The translations under genes were made by a program, and so were the position numbers. This document shows, piece after piece, positions 37,383 through 50,991 of a stretch of DNA of 64,000 nt. The stretch is taken from the NCBI RefSeq assembly GCF_006345805.1, contig NC_043007.1:72912001-72976000 (forward strand). The letters are read 5' to 3'. The stretch comes from Octopus sinensis (Eukaryota). The notes below the pieces were generated by a model. It ran no database searches. It was not told where the DNA came from and saw only the letters and a list, made by a program, of their open reading frames with translations. Position 1 is the stretch's first letter. The number at the start of each line of letters is the position of its first letter.

Positions 37383-39819
37383 ACAGAGGTGAGTCATTTA
37401 TAGCTATTCTAGGGTTTGGGGTAAACCCTGGTTGTCGAGCTCCCCTGCTGTAAATATAAGCCCTTAGGCTGGCAAGGGGTCGTCCACCCTATGGCGAAGC
37501 TATAAGGCTCCTATTGGTACTCAGTATAGTATAGGGTTGGGATTACAAACGTGTATCATTGGGCTGGGGCCTGCCAGGGGTGTGGGGCGGGCCCTATCAT
37601 GTGATCTGTCCCAGAACCCCCACTAGATGTATATCTGGCTCCAATCCCAGCTTCCTACGTAACTGAGCCTGGTGGACCCCACACAATTTATTGATGCACT
37701 GTTTCCCGCAGCGCTTGGTCCACCCAACGACCAACCACTCGCATCAATTGTACTCAATCATACTGTTGTTTATACATAAGGCAAGCATTTGTCTAAATAA
37801 AAAATCGAACAGAGTATAAGCAGCCTGAGGTTAGCTGGGGCTATGTGGAAAATGGGCTGGACCCTATCATGTGATCTGTCCCAGAACCCCCATTAGATAT
37901 ACTACTCTTGACTGGCTTTTATTAATGCCTCCAACATGAACGATATATTTAAAAATCATTTGCTAGCAATGGGTTTCTGTATTTGGCATAAACTATTTAT
38001 GTGAAAAAAAAAGAAAATTTCAAAGATGAAATATATGAAATCTATATATAGGTCGATTTTAACAATGTTAATAAATGCAATCAGTTTCCATTTCAGGAAT
38101 TACAAAATTTGAACCACAAATTAGCAATATTTTGCCTACTCACACCTAAAAAAATTCCCGTTCTCATTGACTGATTATACATGGATATGTATGTAAAGAT
38201 ATATAATTGTAGGATATCACTTTTTCTCTTATTCTTTCTTTTTCATTATCTCTCATAATACAGAATATAACTGAAACTATCATCCTTTTTTTCAGTGTTG
38301 CACAGTGAGATCTTTATGAATATTAATTGCGACTGTGTTTTTTCTTTGAAGCTAAAAATTGTCTTTTCTTGGGTGGATTTTCCACCTAGCTCCTAAACTA
38401 TCAAAATGTTATATGAACAATTCAAATGCTAATAATACTTAACAGGTACAGCATTTTCCTTGTGAACTGTTAACAAGTCTTAAGTGCAGCCTGGCAATAA
38501 CACTATTTAAATGTTACACCATATAAAACGAAAACAAGCTCACGATGTGATTTTACAAAACTATCATTTCTCATAACCCGTTAGCGCCCATGGTCCTTTT
38601 TTTTTTTTGGCCCAGAAGGATCACGCATCTGTAGTAAGAAACTTTGTAGCAGATATATTTTGAACAGAAATCAACTAGATTTGTTCTGTGGAAATTTTCT
38701 TCTGACGCTAAAATACAAGTTTAGACAAAGATTTTTTTCATTGACTAAGAAAATATTAACCGAAGCCATCCTAGTTTTCAACCAAAAATTGTTCTGAAAT
38801 TTTAGTTCCTGGACACTCCAAAGTAGCTTATAAAAACCCAGGATTTCCAATATATTTTTAGTGACATCTAAGCTGCTACAGGAGAATTTGTCCTCACATC
38901 TGCATGTCTTGAAGTGGTGAATTATTTTTCAAACTCATGAAGTCGCCCTTGCATTATCTGTATTCTCCATCATGACCTTAAGTAATTTACCTAAATTCTT
39001 CGTGGAGCAGTTTGAAGAATTAGTTAAGAAATTTAATACTCGTCATTCTTCTAGACAAGTAAATTCTTAGAAGAAATTAGGAAAAGCCTTTTATCACCTG
39101 CCTTCTCGTAAATCTTAAAGTAAACTAAGGGAGAGCACCTGTTATATTTATAATACAGTTAAAACTATTGAATTTGAATTAAATAAAAATAACATTGAAT
39201 AAAATCTTGCGAGTCAGATTTCTATAATTTCTTGAGTATTGGTTTGAAAACAACCTGCAGGTTACTCACAAATAATTTTAACCACAAAAAGAAAAAAAAA
39301 ATAATCAGCAAAGAAGACAGGTTAAACATCATATTTCTGCAACACCTGTATTTTTCTGCGATATCTTTAGTCATCAAGACTGGAGTGTTTTTCAAATATT
39401 ACACCTAGTGTCTGATGTATATTGTCAACACTGATGTCTCAATTTTCAGTACGGTGTGAAAATCTTGAGGGAAAGGATACACTCAGTTTCAATCAAAAAC
39501 TTTTTGATAAGTAGTACTTATATCCAACCCATATTTGTATATAGTATAAACAATTGTTCTAACTGTCCAATAAAGTTAAGAAAATCTTTGAAAGTAATTT
39601 TGCTCAAATATAGCATGCTCTAAATGTTTGGTCCTAATATAAGGAGCATGGTCACTAGAACTCCATTTTTTCAATTTTCTATGGAAGTTGCATAAAAGAG
39701 AAAACAATCTGCAGAGATAAACTTTTTTATGCTGAAAACATTTTCTATGTATAGACAGCTGTGAAAAAAAAATTGTTCTTTTCTTTCTTTATTATTCTAA
39801 TTTTAGTTTTATTTTCAGA

Positions 39820-41047
39820 TGTTCTCCCATGGTTTTCTACCATTCAGTCAAGTCATTCTATTCAGTTCATGGTACAGTAAATTATGCAGAAGAAAATGAG
39901 TCTCCTAGTGATGAAAACTTTATTGATATTGTTGAACTTCCTCCACCAGTAAATGAACTGACTGATGAAGAAGACTTTGATGATGAGATTTTAGATGATG
40001 AGAACAGAAATCTAACCATTATCTTGTAGGATGTGCCAGAAAGTGTTGAGCTTCATCGGTATGATAATGAAGAAGTAACATAACCAAAAGGAAAAAAAAA
40101 AAGAAAAGCTCAGATTTCTCTTGGAAAAAGACTGATTTTTCCAAATTTGCATCACCAACTACTGATGGAGCAGATGATAGAATGAAATCAATGAAAGATA
40201 AAGTACTTGGCAAGAGCCAAGTTGAGATTTTTTAATCTCTGAATCAGAAGTTCAAGCAGTTTGGAATATTCTTTAAGAGGCTGTCAGTAGATGAAAACAT
40301 AGTAAGATACTATGGAAGAAGCTATCTAAAACAATTTATAAGAGTAAGCCAATAAGATTTGGTTTCAAGAAGTGGGTGCTTTGTTGTGCCACTAGTGGCT
40401 ATTATTTTAGAATGGATTTATATCAAGGAAAGCAAAAAAAAATCCTACTTCCAATACCAGGAATGATGACAGTCTAGGTTCAAGAGTCGTTTTATCAATG
40501 ACCAATCACTTAGAGAACCCCAATGATCATGAAATTTATGTTAACTTTTTCTCAAGTTATAACTTTAGGAATCAGAATCATGGGTACAGTATATTCAAAC
40601 AGAACATCCAGATGTCCCATGAAGGATAACAAATCCAGGAAAAAGGAAAATCATGGATCCTATGACCACAAATTTGAAGAAAAGGAAGAATTCTTTGTTT
40701 TGAAGTGGCATGACAACAGAATTTTCACAATTGCAAGCAATCATCAGTCTGCCACCCCTGTTGGAAATACTAAAAGATGGTCAACCAGCCATAGAAAAGA
40801 AATATTTGTTCCTCAGCCATTTCTCATAGCCAAGTATGACAAATATATGGGAGGTGTGGACCACTTAGACTGGCTTATCCAAAAGTATCACATCTCTGTT
40901 ACATGTAAGAAGTGGTACTTTAGTCTATTCACAAATTTCCTCGACACTATAATAGTTAATTCTTGGATTGTACACTGTTTTGCAAATGGAAATACTTTGA
41001 CATTACTAGACATTACTAGATTTCAAGAGGTCAGTTACACAAGCTAA
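39820..41047 (+). pseudogene. Decayed piggyBac-type transposase
   Basis: Acidic N-terminus (LPPPVNELTDEEDFDD), LSVDE, KPIRFGFK, LKWHDN, YDKYMGGVDHLDWLI..Y and KKWY...NSWI. Confidence 0.8.
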
Positions 41048-41435
41048 ATAATCCAACACAAACATCAGATATTTAATGGATTACTATTTACAAACAGTAA
41101 TAATAATTTCCTTCATCAAACATACATCAAAACATATACATATAAATAATGTCTCATATAAATATCCACAATTCATCATATTACAAAGGTGAAAGAACTA
41201 AATAGGAAATACATTTGTAAGTCTTGAATCCACATCAACATGGTCTTAGGTATTTAATTTGTGACAAAATAGGAACCACATCTACAAGAAATATTTCCTG
41301 AAATAGACTGGTGTCCTATATATGAGATTTAACTCATCTGCTTAAGACCATGTAATCAGGGCTAAGCTATCAGATATACAGATAATCTTGGTGATACTAC
41401 TTGAGCATATGTCTGAACAAAGATTGCATACTCAC

Positions 41436-41591
41436 GCTTGAAACAGTAAAAACTGAGAGCAAGAAGCAGAAGAATGATCATAGCACCAATAATAGCAAGG
41501 GATATGGTTAATTTAGAAGAGTTCTCTTTGTGTTTTGTTGATGTTTCATTGTTGTGCTTTGGTGATGGGGTTGTACATGGTGTACCAATCA
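41436..41591 (-). CDS. IL-17 receptor-like protein, stalk + transmembrane exon (156 nt, phase 1-1)
   Basis: Acceptor ttttattttatag, donor gtgagt; IGTPCTTPSPK...LTISLAIIGAMIILLLLALSFYCFK. Joins in frame to both neighbouring exons. Confidence 0.85.
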
Positions 41592-41869
41592 CTATAAAAT
41601 AAAATAGAAATCAAAATTTTGTTATTTTGTCAAAGACAAATTTGGAAATACTTTTTAAAAATATCAATTTAACTTCAATAAACAAAAGTATTGTTAAATT
41701 GGTCCAATAGCTGTTAGTTTCAATTCATCATATATAGAGAGAGACGATTTGTCTGATAACTGACAAGTGGTTGTAACACAGCTAAAATCAACTTGCTGCA
41801 GGAATTCATGCTATGAAATTCAATGACTTCAATAATCCACTATCATTACTGACACACACATCTCTCTCT

Positions 41870-44330
41870 CATATAATTCATTTGAACTAAACGTTTCACC
41901 TGAAAGGTTTTCATCCTGAGGGTGTTCTTCAGTACTTCATCCTTCATCTTTCTGGGTCTCCCACTTCTATGTGTTCCATCCACTTTGAGAGATCAGCACT
42001 TCTTTATGGAGCTGTCGACATCCACCCACATCACATAATTGAACCAGTACAGTCTTCTCTCTTGCACACAGCAACTAATTCCTCTTATGCCTAACTTCTG
42101 TCTCAGAACACTAGCACTCCGTTAAACATGTACACTAACACTACACATCCAGCGGAGCATACTTGCCTCGTTCCTTTCTAACCTTTGCATGTCCTCTGCA
42201 TTTAGGGCCTATGTCTCACTACCATGTAGAAATGCTGTCTGAAACCAAAGAACAAAAGGCCAAAGGAAAACGAAAAAAAAAAAATGTAGTCAACACCAGA
42301 GCTGAAGACACCTCCAAAATGGGGAGGGGCCCCACATGTTGACAACGGTAGAGGAGTAAGGGCCGAAACCAGATGTGGTTCCTCTTGATGATGTCCTTAG
42401 CCATTGGATCCTATAAAGAATCTGTTGAGATAACGAACCATGAAACATGGTTGGAATTCCTCCATGGTTTTCCTTTCACTTGGAGTCAGTAACGTTTCAT
42501 GGCCAACAGAGGTAGCAGCTCTCTGAATTTCTTCAATTCTATTCTTATTCTAGCTATCACTCACTCCATGCATCCTCCCCCACCATTAATTTGATCCCCT
42601 AGGTAGCAGAAATGATTTCCTACCACTAATGAACCACCAGAGCATTTGAGAGAATCAACTTCCTGAGTCTCTATAGTTTTTATAGATCCTGTGCATCTTC
42701 CACATATGAAAGCTATCTTCTCTGATAACCTTCTTATTAATCCACTGCACTGATTGTGTGTCCATAGCTTATACTGGGTACACCATATGGAATTCTTGCC
42801 TATGCCTTTCCTACGAATCAAACAGGGTCACCCACCTGACTTGGGCAGGATCCTGTCAGTATTCTTGCTTACTAGGACCTTAGATTTTGCTATGTTAACT
42901 TTAAGGCCACACCTGGAATTTCTCATCTAGCTTTGATATGAAATCCACTACAAGAGCAAGACCATCAGCATATAGTAGTTCCCAGGGTCTGCTTGGCTTG
43001 AATTCCTCTGTTATGGCCTGAAGGACAATGATGAAAAGGAGGAGACTAAGGATTGAGCCTTGATGAGCCCCTACCTTTGAACTAAATTCTTTACTGTACT
43101 CTTGGTTAATTCTCACCTTACTAACAGCCCCTTTGTACATGGCCTGTACAGCTTTCATCAGCCTCATCAGAGTCCACCACATCACACAGTGGGGCACTTG
43201 ATCAAAGGCTTTCTCTAGATCAACAAATTCCAAGTATAATGGTTTATTCTTAGCTAAGTACTTCTCTTGAAGTTGCCAGACTGAAAATAGCATCAGTAGT
43301 GCTTCTTTCCCAGACAAAGCTGAACTGCATTTCGTCTAGCCTATGTCTGCTCCTAATTGATTGGGCTATAACTCTCTCTGTAATTTTCATCACCAGATCT
43401 AGGAGTTTGATGCCTCTGTAATTGCTTCTATTTAGTGCATTGACCTTACTCTTGTAGCAGTTAACAATTATGCAGCTATGCCAGTCACTGGGTATTACAA
43501 CTTCCTGAATGACCGGATCAATTATGTGGGTGACCAGCCCATATCCTACCTGACTGGATATTTTAAGCATCTCAGCTGTGAATCTGGATGAACCAAGGGC
43601 TTTCCAGATTTTCAAGTTTTCAATTGCAATATGTACCATACAGCCGTCCACTAGATCTCTCTATTGGGTTTAAATGAGGAAGACTCCCTTTATCCCATTC
43701 ATTCTCTACATTCAACAGTCTTGCATAGTAACTTTTCCATGCTTCTTTCTTGTCCACATCATTAAGTGCAAGCATACCATTATCCATCTGCACACACTCC
43801 TCTCCTACAATATCTCAATTCTCACTGACACACTGTCTGGAAATCTGGAAAACTGATCTTCATGCTGTAGGACTTTGGCAAACCTCTTCCTTTATGCTGA
43901 ATAGACCTGGCATCTAGCCTCCTTTTTAGCTTTCTGATAAGATTTTTTCATACCCTATTTTCCACTCTTTCCAGGCTTGTCTTTTCTCTTTTATGGCTCT
44001 GTTAATGTCACTAGCCCTTAGTAGATTGTCCCCTAAGAACTTCCAGTTGTCCTCTACATCATATGTCTCTATCTCTCCTTCCTTCTCATCATAGGCGTCA
44101 TTGAGGACATCTCTAAATCTCTACCTACTTGAGGGATCCTTGAGCTTCCACAGCCACCTTTTCCATGCTGGATTGCATCTCAGAATCTTTCTGGCCCAAA
44201 ACCTGAGGTCACTCATCACTAGCTTATTTTGAGTTGTACATTTTGCATTTATGGGCATATATCTATCCATGTGTTTGGTGGGGATGTAGTCAATCTGGCT
44301 ACTGTATCCTCCTTATAAAGCAACCCTTTA
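41870..44330 (-). mobile_element. Decayed RTE-clade LINE
   Basis: NYRGIKLLD, YLEFVDLEKAFDQVP, HQGSILS and WELLYADGL, with many disruptions. Confidence 0.8.
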
Positions 44331-44663
44331 TTTGAAAATAATATTCAATCACTATTTTCAAATTGTGACCTCACTGTCTGTTTTATCTACCACTACTATC
44401 TGCTGCTCATCAGAACTGGCTGGCTACCCATCATCCTAATTCCTCCCATTATATATACTGTCTTATTTCCCATACATCCATTAAGCACCTTACTCATTAC
44501 TTCAACCATCATGCAACTATATTACTCTGAAGCTCCCACAGATCTTATATCCATTCCCCATCAACCTTTGATGCTGATTCCCAAACATTTTATGCAAAAT
44601 ACACAACATATAATCTGCATTTTAATAATGATTTTTCTTGGGCATTATTTTAGTTTTGCTTAC

Positions 44664-44766
44664 CTGTAAAATTATTGGTCTTTGACCGATTACATGTGTT
44701 ACAATATTCATATAATTTACATATACATTTCTTACTATCATTCCAAAATTCATCAAATATTTCAAC
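44664..44766 (-). CDS. IL-17 receptor-like protein, Cys-rich membrane-proximal ectodomain exon (103 nt, phase 0-1)
   Basis: Acceptor tttttttctttttaaag, donor gtaagc; VEIFDEFWNDSKKCICKLYEYCNTCNRSKTNNFT. Confidence 0.82.
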
Positions 44767-45648
44767 CTTTAAAAAGAAAAAAAAACACATCTACTGAATA
44801 AATATTTAAATAAACAAACAAATGAGAAAGAAGCTTCAATACTTTCATCATAACATATCCTTGTACTTTAACCTCACATCTTTCTTTCTTTCCAGTTGGG
44901 GAAGCCACATGTATTCACCTCTTCAGCAAGACACCTACCCCTGTCCCTCTGACACACTTTCACCTCCCTCAATACTATACTTCACTTGTGATTTCACAAG
45001 TGCTGGTGCCACAGAAAAAGCACCCAATACACTTTGTAAAGTGGTTGGTATAAGGAAGGATATCCAGCTGTTGAAACCATACCAAAGCAGATGTAGTTTG
45101 GCACAACCCTCTGGCTCATTGGTTCCTGTCAAAATGTCCAGCCTATTCCAGCATGGAGAAAAAGACATTATATGATAATGAGGGAGATGATCATCCTAGC
45201 AAGGAAATAACGAATGCAAGTAGTCTTAAAGTTCTACTTCTTCAGACAACAGAAGCAAGACAATGTATTGTTAGAGCCCAAACAACATTAATCAAATCCA
45301 AAATTAATTTTAAATGATTTCTCAAAATTCTGTAAAAAATAATTTTTTTAATGGAGTTCTGAGGGGATCATTTCTAACATGTGCAATAAAAGAAATCTTA
45401 CATGGAAATTAATCTGTAGAGGCCAAAGCCAGTTGAAGGGAAGAGCACCACATTTAATAACATACACTTTACCCATAAACACTTCAAGATAACTCTTACC
45501 GGCCTTACAGCGAACCCAACCAACGGACATAACTCCAAGCCTAATCCCCTGACCCTTTTTCACAGCAGCCACAAACTAGATGTGTTAATTCACCTCTGAC
45601 AATAGAGAGCAGTTGTCATATTCCCTTCCATATCAGCTAACTCTGATG

Positions 45649-46163
45649 AACATAAATCCTCGAGTATAGTCCACCCTTGAGTATAATACGCAGGGGATTT
45701 TTAGGGGGCTGTACCTCTGAAAAACCTAAACCTTGAGTAAAATACGCACCCTTTCTCTAACTTGAGTCAAGGAGGTCTATATAACTTCCTTGGTTTGTAA
45801 AAATGTATACGGTAACATCCTTTATTATTATTGTATATATAACATAATGCAAACATGTAGCTTTTGTGTGCATTTTGTTTGCAGAAAATAAAGAAATAAC
45901 AGTAATAACGTTGAATAAATGTTGCTTACTGCAAGTTATGGATGATTCTTCTATGACTTTATTGCTTTCAGGCTTAGCTTAAGGTATTTTCATGCACAAC
46001 ATCACAAAATGCGTCTGAATAAACATTGCCAGACAGCAAATAGAGACGCGGACATTGCTTAGAAAATAAGTTTCATTTTTAACCTCATATATAGTACGCA
46101 CTAGGGATTTTGACCTTTAAAGTTTTGGGAAAAAATGCGGATTATACTCGAGGATTTACGGTA
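45649..46163. mobile_element. Tigger/pogo-type MITE
   Basis: Termini ..CATAAATCCTCGAGTATAGTCC and GCGGATTATACTCGAGGATTTACGGTA are inverted; no ORF. Confidence 0.75.
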
Positions 46164-46346
46164 ATCAGATTGTTACCAAACATTCCATTGTATTCCTTGT
46201 GTGAAACCAATTGGTAAGCTCAGCCATGATGGATATATAATACTGTGCATTTTAGATAATATACCCACTCTATTAACAGATATGCAAATGCATTCTTTCC
46301 CTGACTTATAGACTCTTAGATGACTTATGTATGTACACACACATAT

Positions 46347-46577
46347 ACAATTGCAGCATGGAAGATGTTTGTAAGCCATTTAAGAACACACAAAAACCAT
46401 TAGCTTCACTTCAACATTTAAATTTAATTTGTGTCAAAATATTTTTGTCACTTTGAAATCGTAACCTGTTCACAGAAAAAACTTTGTGGACACAAATTAA
46501 ATTCAATTGTTGAAGTGAAACTAATGGTTTTTGTGTGTTCTTAAATGGCTTTCAAACATCTTCCACACTGCAATTGT
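46347..46577. repeat. Foldback/hairpin MITE-like element
   Basis: About 95-bp imperfect inverted arms (ACAATTGCAG..GGAAGATG..AAGCCATTTAAGAACACACAAAAACCATTAG..) around a short spacer. Confidence 0.85.
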
Positions 46578-46697
46578 TTTTGTTTCAGCACACGATATCA
46601 GATCAAGTCACTTAATATGCAAGTACATCTCCATAACATGCATGCATTCATGTATGCATGCATGCATACATGCATACATACATACATACATACATAT

Positions 46698-47112
46698 GCG
46701 CAGGAGTGGTTGTGTGGTAAGTAGCTTGTTTACCAACCACATGGTTCCGGGTTCAGTCCCACTGCGTGGCACCTTGGGCAAGTGTCTTCTATTATAGCCT
46801 CGGGCTGACCAAAGCCTTGTGAGTGGATTTGGTAGACGGAAAATTAAAGAAGCCCGTCGTACATATGTATATATATGTATATGTATGTGTGTGTGTGTGT
46901 GTGTGTTTGTGTGTCTGTGTTTGTCCCACTAGCATTGCTTGACAACCGATGCTGGTGTGTTTATGTCCCCGTTACTTAGCGGTTCGGCAAAAGAGACCGA
47001 TAGAATAAGCACTGGGCTTACAAAAGAAAAAGTCCCGGGGTCGAGTTGCTCGATTAAAGGTGGTGCTCCAGCATGGCCGCAGTCAAATGACTGAAACAAG
47101 TAAAAGAGTAAA
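46698..47112 (+). mobile_element. Full-length tRNA-derived CORE-type SINE
   Basis: A-box-like TGGTTGTGTGGTAAG, B-box-like GGTTCAGTCCC, CCTTGGGCAAGTG core, and LINE-like 3' tail ending in AAGAG repeats. Confidence 0.9.
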
Positions 47113-48342
47113 GAGTACATACATACATGTATTCATTCATGTCCTCCTTCCATACTGGAATGGGTTGGATAGTTTGACAGGAGCTGGCGAGGCAGCAGCC
47201 TGTACCATGCTTGTGTCTGTTTTGGTATGGTTTTTACAGCTGGATGCCCTTCCTAACACCAACCACTTTACTGTGTGTACTTGGTGCTTTTTTTGTAGCA
47301 CCTGCACTGGCAAGGTCACTAAGTAACTTTGCAAGATGAGGAATCTTTGAAAGAGGAGGGGGCATTGGAGGTGATCTTGTGTTAGATGATGAAAAGTTAG
47401 AGTGTGACAGAGAGACAGAAACAGATGTCTTGCTACAGAGAAGGTACATGGTTACCCAGCCAGAGAGAGGGAGAGAAAGAGGGCAGAAACAGGTGTGCTG
47501 CTGAAGAGGAGGGACATGGTTACATAAGAGAGAGGGTGAGTTAACAAGAAAGAGGTATGCTGCTGTAAAGGGGATACATGGTTACCTAGCCAGAGGTAAG
47601 AGCAAGAGAAAGAGGGAGAGAGAGTGATCAAGAATGAGGGCAAAAACAGGTTTGTTGCTGTAGAGTAGATATATGATTACTCAGCCAGAGGGAAAAGCAA
47701 GGAAAAGAGAGAGAGAGAGAGAGAGAGAGTAGGAAACAGCAAGAACTGGGGATGGATGGCAATATGTGTCAAGGTTTATCACATCCAGCAGAGCATACTG
47801 CCTTCATTCCTCTCTAGCCTACACATGTCCTCTGTATTCAGAGCCCATGTCTCACTACCATGGAATATAGCCATTTGTACACTAGCTTCAAGCAAGCTAC
47901 CTTTTACTCTGAGAGAGTCCTTTAGTTGCTAACAGAGGTAGTAGCTCTGAACTTTCCCCATCTTATTCACATTCTAAAAACAATACACTCAGAGCATGCT
48001 AAAGATGAGATTCAGCAATAAAGATATTGAAGCTTGTTGGTGGGAATGTCTCTGGTAATGTTGTGGGAACTAAGATTATTCAAATATTGACATGAAAATT
48101 GTAATCTTAGATATTTTCTTTTTTGCTTAAATTTAATCAACCTTGGTCTACAGTTCTATATTTAACAGATGAGGAATTATGTACATTATTTACATTATTT
48201 GCACTTGATGGATATTTGTCTTCATCTTCTTTGTTATTAACACGTCTCAGCTGATATACTCTCCATCCTTTATCAAGTGTCTTGGGGAAATTTCAAACCT
48301 GGATTCTCATTCCTAAGGTATTTTTCGATGTTGTTGTTGTTA

Positions 48343-48383
<41 letters not shown>

Positions 48384-48989
48384 ATTATTCAGGTCATTGC
48401 TTGGAATCGAACTTGAAATCTTGGGGTTAGAAGCCTGTGCTCTTAACCACTATGCTATTTTATAATTTTTCATTAAAATGTTCTCAGCAGAACATTTTAT
48501 CGCAGTTTTGTCTGGGATTAACATCATTGAAAAACTGCAGGTAAAATATATACAAGCTTATTGCTCTCTTCTCTAAACTATTTTCTTAAAGATCTCATTT
48601 TAAACATGCTGTCATCAACTATTACCATATTCTACATGAAAAAAAGAAATATAAATTTCATATCATTCAAATATTATTTTGATATGAACAAATTAAAAAT
48701 AAGTTTTGAAGAGGCTCTGCTCAATTATTTTATATCTTTATTCCTTCGTGTCTTTTACAACAACAACAACAACAACAACAGCAGCAGCTACACCTGCAAG
48801 AACAACAACTGCACAACTGCAAGAATAGCAGCAGAAACAAAACCAGCAACAACAACTGAAAAAAACAACAGCAGCAGCTACAACTGCAAGAACAACAGTA
48901 GAAGCAACAACAACAACAACAAGAATAACAGAAGAAGCAACAACAATAACAATTACTATTACAGCAACAGATGCTGCAATCTAAGAAGA

Positions 48990-50560
48990 GTAAGTTGTCA
49001 GGAAATGCTGAAAAAATGTTCTTGCTGGATAACGTTGCGAACTTGATAACAGAGTTTTTTTAAGTATAAACCGGAGAAAGGAGTTACCTATAGAAGATAC
49101 AAACAAATCTTCAATAAAGAGTGCAAAGATTGGGACGGTGGTATGAAAACATGTTTAATCTATCTTACGAAAACTGGCAGCAGGAGAACATGAGCGTTAT
49201 AGCAATTACATATTCCTGAAAAAAAACCTTCTGACATAAACTTTAAAGATACAATAAAGATATAGTGTAAAATTTTGAGTGAGAAAAGCTTGTTATTCAA
49301 TACACATTGGAAATGTTTGAACCTAGAAAAGAACGAGGAGGACTACATCACATATGCTGGTAGAGTTAACAGGGAATGTGAAAAGTTCAAGCTGGATAAA
49401 TTAATGCCAGATATGTCCAAATGCCTGATATTTACTCAGGGATCAACTGCAAAGAAAGATGCTGAAGTAAGAACAAGAATTCTTGCTAAGCTGGAACAAA
49501 ACCAAGTGTCAGAAGAATGTGAAAGAATAGTAAATTTAAGACACAACACAGAGAAAATTGGTCATAAAGATTGCTCCCAAATGAAACAAGTGTGAAATAG
49601 GCAGAATAGAAATCAAGTGTGTACTAAAATATAGTACAAACAGGACAAGAATCAGGGAAAAAAAACCCCATGTTTTGCATGTGGAGGTCTACACCTGAGG
49701 AAAAACTATCCATTTAAGAAAACAGGATGCTTCCACTGTGAAAAAATTGGACACGTAAAAGCGCACTGTAAAACCAACATCACAAAACATTGGAACAAAG
49801 AAAAATGAATAAACAGTATGTCATTGAAAGAAAATGGTAAAAAGAAAATTCGTAAATGTGAAAATCTTTATATATAAAATTGAAGTTGTGTGTGTGAGAC
49901 CCTGTCTCCTCCGATTTATATTCCTAACTACTCCCACATTTTGCGGTACAGTTTAACCAAAAGCGGGTATCTTATAGTCGTGATTCATATCGAGCACTTC
50001 TGGGCATTAGCACGTGTCTACGATGAATCTACAATTTAAAAAAAAATTTACCATCATTTTTCCGCATTTTTAATGATATTTGCTTGGGTTATATAAGGGA
50101 AGGATCTCTCTAAAAATGCTTATATGGTTATTTCCCTTACAAACCCGAGCAACGCCGGGCGATACTGCTAGTTACAAATATAAGAGTAAAAATGCAGTTA
50201 GACACTGGAAGTGATATTACCATTGTAAGCGAAAAAACATTACAAAAGTAGCATATGGTGTTACAGGTAAAAGACTGTATTTTGTCGGTGAATTTCATTT
50301 AATGTAACAGTTTGTGACCAAATTAAAATGGCAAAAATTTATGAGCTAAAAAATTCAGTTAATCTATTCGACACAGAGTGGATGGAACAATTCAAATTGT
50401 GGAATATGCCCAAAAATGTTTTGTGTGGGAATATAGTCAGTTCAGTTGAAGGTTCAAATATGGCTGAGGGATTGAAACAAAAAATAAAACATTTCCAGAT
50501 ATTTTCTCGGAGTAACTGGGCTGTTGCATGAAAAGTAGAAAAGCCTGTAATAATGGGTGA
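48990..50560 (+). mobile_element. Decayed Ty3/Gypsy gag-protease fragment
   Basis: Gag-like ORF 49275-49595, zinc knuckles CFACGGLH...CFHCEKIGHVKAHC, and protease LDTGSDITI. Confidence 0.8.
49865..50171 (+). mobile_element. Non-autonomous Helitron-like element
   Basis: A|TC...CCCGAGCAACGCCGGG-CGATACTG-CTAG|T; no TSD. Confidence 0.85.
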
Positions 50561-50931
50561 GGTGTTAGAAGCCTGTAAAATTTAGAAATTTAGAAACAAG
50601 ACTATAAAACAGTAATGAAAAGTCGAGTCAACTTATACAACTAATGCAAAGTTTGGAAAAGAAAAAAAGTCCCTAGTTTGGTAAAGAACTGATAGCAGTA
50701 AATCTATGAGTATGTGTATAAGTGTTTGTCATGGAAGAGACAAGTTTTTTTTAATTACATAGCGAGTGGAAAGTCCTGAGAACTTGAAAATGTGGAAAAT
50801 TCCACGAGAAGGAAAGTCAGGGAACATATACAACAACGATTTATGCAATTATCCTATTTAACAGAATTCCTTTTAAATGTAATAATGTAACAAAATGTAG
50901 TAAACAAAGACCAATATGGAGAATAACTTAC

Positions 50932-50991
50932 AGTTATGTAGTAGTTTCCATCACATATTCCAAGAAATTCCTGGGTTAGATTTGGGGTTAT
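50932..50991 (-). CDS. IL-17 receptor-like protein, ectodomain exon (60 nt, phase 0-0)
   Basis: Acceptor (t)n-cag, donor gtaagt; ITPNLTQEFLGICDGNYYIT. Confidence 0.8.

Noticed and set aside
48561-49046. 161-aa N/S/T-rich ORF
   Set aside because: Driven by (CAA)n/(CAG)n repeats; no domain or splice context.
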